From Mobula hypostoma (Eukaryota), in contig NC_086108.1 of assembly GCF_963921235.1 (NCBI RefSeq), positions 108,998,001 through 109,062,000 of the forward strand: DNA of 64,000 bases, read 5' to 3'. Both the position numbers and the translations under genes were made by a program. Positions 60,711 to 64,000 of this stretch are shown one piece after another; the first letter of the stretch is position 1; each line of letters opens with the position of its first letter. Under the pieces are notes generated by a model. That model ran no database searches and was not told the origin of the DNA. It saw only the letters and a list, made by a program, of their open reading frames with translations.

Positions 60711-63700
60711 ATCCTGTCCTGTAGCCATGTCAAGTCCTTGCCTGGTTCTGGGGCCCAAGCCCGAGGCAAGACCCAGGTTCTGGGTCCTTGTCCAGTCCCT
60801 GGCTCAGAGCCCAAGCCCAGGCTCCTAGTTATCCGAGTTCCCTGTCTTGTCCATGTCCTAGCCCAAGTCTGCATTCTTGTCCCCGCTCCTTGTCTGTATC
60901 CTGTCACGTCCCTACTCGAGTCAAGTCCTGTTCCTTGTACTTCAGTGTTTGTGTCTTGCATTTGGGTCCGCCATCAATGCCCACCATTGTGACAATGTTC
61001 CTGTCAGGATTAAAGGCAAAGTGAATAAGAATAAGGAACCTTGGTTCTCAAGGGATATTGGAACTCTGATAAAGAGGAAGAGAGAGATGTATGACATGTA
61101 TAGGAAACGGGGAGCAAATAAGGTGCTTGAGGAGTATAAAAAGTGCAACAAAAACTTAAGAAAGAAATCAGGAGGACTAAAAGAAGACATGAGGTTGCTT
61201 TGGCAGTCAAGGTGAAGGATAATCCAAAGAGCTTCTACTGGTATATTAAGAGCAAAAGGATACTAAGGGATAAAATTGGTCCTCTTGAAGATCAGAGTGT
61301 ATGGAACCAAAAGAAATGGGGGAGATCTTAAATGGGTTTTTTGCATCTCTATTTACTATGGAAACTGGCATGGAGTCTATGGAAATAAGGCAAACAAGCA
61401 GTGAGGTCATGGAACCTATACAGATTGAAGAGGAAGAGGAAGCAAATCAGAGTAGATAAATCGTCAGGACCTGACAGGGTATTCCCTCAAACCTTGAAGG
61501 AGACTAGTGTTGAAATCGCAGGGGCCCTGGCAGATATATTTAAAATATCGGTATCTATGGGTGAGGTGCCGGAGGATTGGAGGATAGCTCATGTTGTTCC
61601 GTTGTTTAAAAAAGGCTCTAAAAGTAATCCAGGAAATTATAGGCCGATAAATTTGACGTCAGTAGTAGGTAAATTATTGGAAGGAATACTAAGAGATAGG
61701 ATTTACAAGTATTTGGATAGACAGGGACTTATTAGGGAGAGTCAATATGGCTTAGTGCGTGATAGGTCATTTTTACCAAATCTATTAGAGTTTTTCGAGG
61801 AGGTTACCAGGAAAGTGGATGAAGGGAAGGCAGTGGATGTTGTCTACATGAACTTCAGTAAGGCCTTTGACAAGGTCCCGCATGGGAGGTTAGTTAGGAA
61901 GATTCAGTCGCTAGGTATACATGGAGAGGTAGTAAATTGGATTAGATATTGGCTCAATGGAAGAAGCCAGAGAGTGGTAGTAGAGGATTGCTTCTCTGAG
62001 TGGAGGCCTGTGACTAGTGGTGTGCCACAGAGATCAGTTCTGGGTCCATTGTTATTTGTCATCTATATCAATGATCTGGACGATAATGAGGTAAGTGGGA
62101 TCAGCAAATTTGCTGATGATGCAAAGATTAGAGGTGTAGTGGACAGTGAGGAAGGTTTTCAAAGCTTGCAGAGGGATTTGGACCAGCTGGAAAAATGGGC
62201 TGAAAATTGGCAGATGGAGTTTAATACAGACAAGTGTGAGGTATTGCACGTTGGAAGGACAAACCAAGGTAGAACATACAAGGTAAATGGTAGGGCACTG
62301 AGGAGTGCAGTAGAACAGAGGGATCTGGGAATACAGATAAAAAAATTCCCTAAAAGTGGTGTCACAGGTAGATAGGATCATAAAGAGAGCTTTTGGTACA
62401 TTGGCCTTTATAAATCAAAGTATTGAGTATAAGAGCTGGAATGTTATAGTGAGGTTGTATAAGGCATTGGTGAGGCTGAATCTGGAGTATTGTGTACAGT
62501 TTTGGTCACCAAATTACAGGAAGGATATAAATAAGGTTGAAAGAGTGCAGAGAATGTTTACAAGGATGTTGCCTGGACTTGAGAAACTCAGTTACAGAGA
62601 AAGGTTGAATAGGTTAGGACTTTATTCCCTGGAGCATAGAAGAATGAGGGGAGATTTGATAGAGGTATATAAAATTATGATGGGTATAGATAGAGCGAAT
62701 GCAAGCAGGCGTTTTCCACTGAGGCAAGGGGAGGAAAAAACCAGAGGACATGGGTTAAGGGTGAAGGGGGAAAAGTTTAAAGGGAACATTCGCGGGGGCT
62801 TCTTCACACAGAGAGTGGTGGGAGTGTGGAATGAGCTGTCAGATGAAGTGGTAAATGCGGGCTCACTTATAACATTTAAGAAAAACTTGGACAGCTACAT
62901 TGATGAGAGGTGTACGGAGGGATATGGTCCAGGTGCAGGCCAGTGGGACTAGGCAGAAAAATGGTTCGGCACAGACAAGAAGGGCCAAAAGGCCTGTTTC
63001 TGTGCTGTAATGTTCTATGGTTTTGTGGTTCTAAATGAATGTTAACATTGCACTTGCCTTCCTCACCACCAATTCAACCTGCAATTTAACCTTTAGGAAA
63101 TCCTGAACATGTTTCTCTTTCTGTTCCAAAAATCACCCCATCTTTATTCCTCACACAATGAGTAATGATGTGTTTTACCAAGGACTCCCCCAGAGTGAGT
63201 ATTTATTATTTTCTTTACACTTTCACACTAAGTGCAGAACAATGGGAAGATGTTGACAATGATTGCTGAAGTGTTCTTAAGCAGCACAGTGTGTTTTTAT
63301 CAATATGGACAGTAACAATTATATATTGTGCACATTTCTTTGTCAATTACCCTTTCAACTGTTGGCATTAAGAGACACAAACCTTGGTGTTTATTATTAA
63401 CAAACAATTCATCCTCATACCTGAACCATCTGAAGACTTCAGCATCGTCCTCAAATAGATTGTGGTGACCTTGTGTTACAATTACTTTGAGCCAGTAAAT
63501 CGATGTGGTTAAAAGGGTCGGATGTTGTGTGCACAGCTTTGTAACACCGTCAAGTGGTGAAGATTCTTTGCATTTCTTCTCTACTGTTGCTCCGTTCATG
63601 GACTCTTCCAACATTGGAAAGGATGCCACGAGTAGACAGGGTGGAGTTGCAGTGTTCAGTGTGGCATTGGTGACGCACGGTGACGACTTGCTGGCAGCAG

Positions 63701-64000
63701 GAACAACCATTAATTACTGTATTAATCACACTTCCTGTCGAAAACGATCACCACAATTAATAACCGGTACCTTCCCTTACGGATGCGACCTTTGGAATGG
63801 CCTGTACAACCTGGCATTTCTGCGGTGTGAAACAAAGTCTCGACGATGCAGGACCGTTGTGGTGCATCGTGTATGGTGAGAATCAAGACAGTGGGGCCCA
63901 AGACTGAGACCGGGGAATGAGCCACTATTAGGCTGCTGGAGTGGACTTAGAGGTGACTCTTAGTAGTAGAACTGAGGTGAGGCAGAGGCGAGGTAGAAGG

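Larger units (their letters stand above)
59157..60994 (+). mobile_element. Solo-LTR-like element with 5-bp TSD (probably Gypsy-type)
   Basis: TGTCA...TGACA ends; ATGTT at 59152-59156 and 60995-60999; TATAAG near 59293; removing it rejoins the CR1 frame as LQSLYV|PVRIKGK. Confidence 0.85.
58478..63030 (+). mobile_element. CR1 LINE ORF2 relic (APE to 3' tail), interrupted by an LTR-like insertion
   Basis: DFNFPHIDW, ILDLLL, SSDRN; 324-aa ORF with NYRPINLTS, FSKAFDKVPH, GVPQRSVLGP, KFADD; tail ttctatggtt. Confidence 0.95.

Noticed and set aside
63947..64000. Neuroligin-like C-terminus (LPH..STT)
   Set aside because: Resemblance is only a few residues and lacks the STTRV ending; cannot assign a gene.
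1..64000. A novel multi-gene protein-coding system
   Set aside because: Every recognisable ORF is a broken CR1, Rex1/Babar, PLE, Tc1 or Chapaev fragment, or its antisense shadow.

Overview
Vertebrate non-coding DNA made mostly of transposable elements. The repeat families (HER1-like CR1 LINEs, HE1-like V-SINEs, a DeuSINE-like remnant) point to a cartilaginous fish, probably a ray; this is inference from recalled family features, not a database match. No host gene can be identified with confidence, although the TE-free last kilobase and a minus-strand poly(A)-signal pair near 52.95 kb may belong to one. The window holds decayed CR1 and Rex1/Babar LINEs, Penelope-like element (PLE) fragments with GIY-YIG remnants, RTE-related non-autonomous elements, Tc1, Chapaev3 and hAT relics, a 1.84-kb solo-LTR-like insertion and a 3.4-kb array of a 28-bp G-rich minisatellite. 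The most interesting signal is a minimal type-I hammerhead ribozyme motif in the PLE terminal repeat, intact at 26977-27012 and decayed in about a dozen other places. The same terminal repeat forms several short, self-inverted, TSD-flanked mini-insertions. Boundaries without a stated TSD or TIR are approximate.
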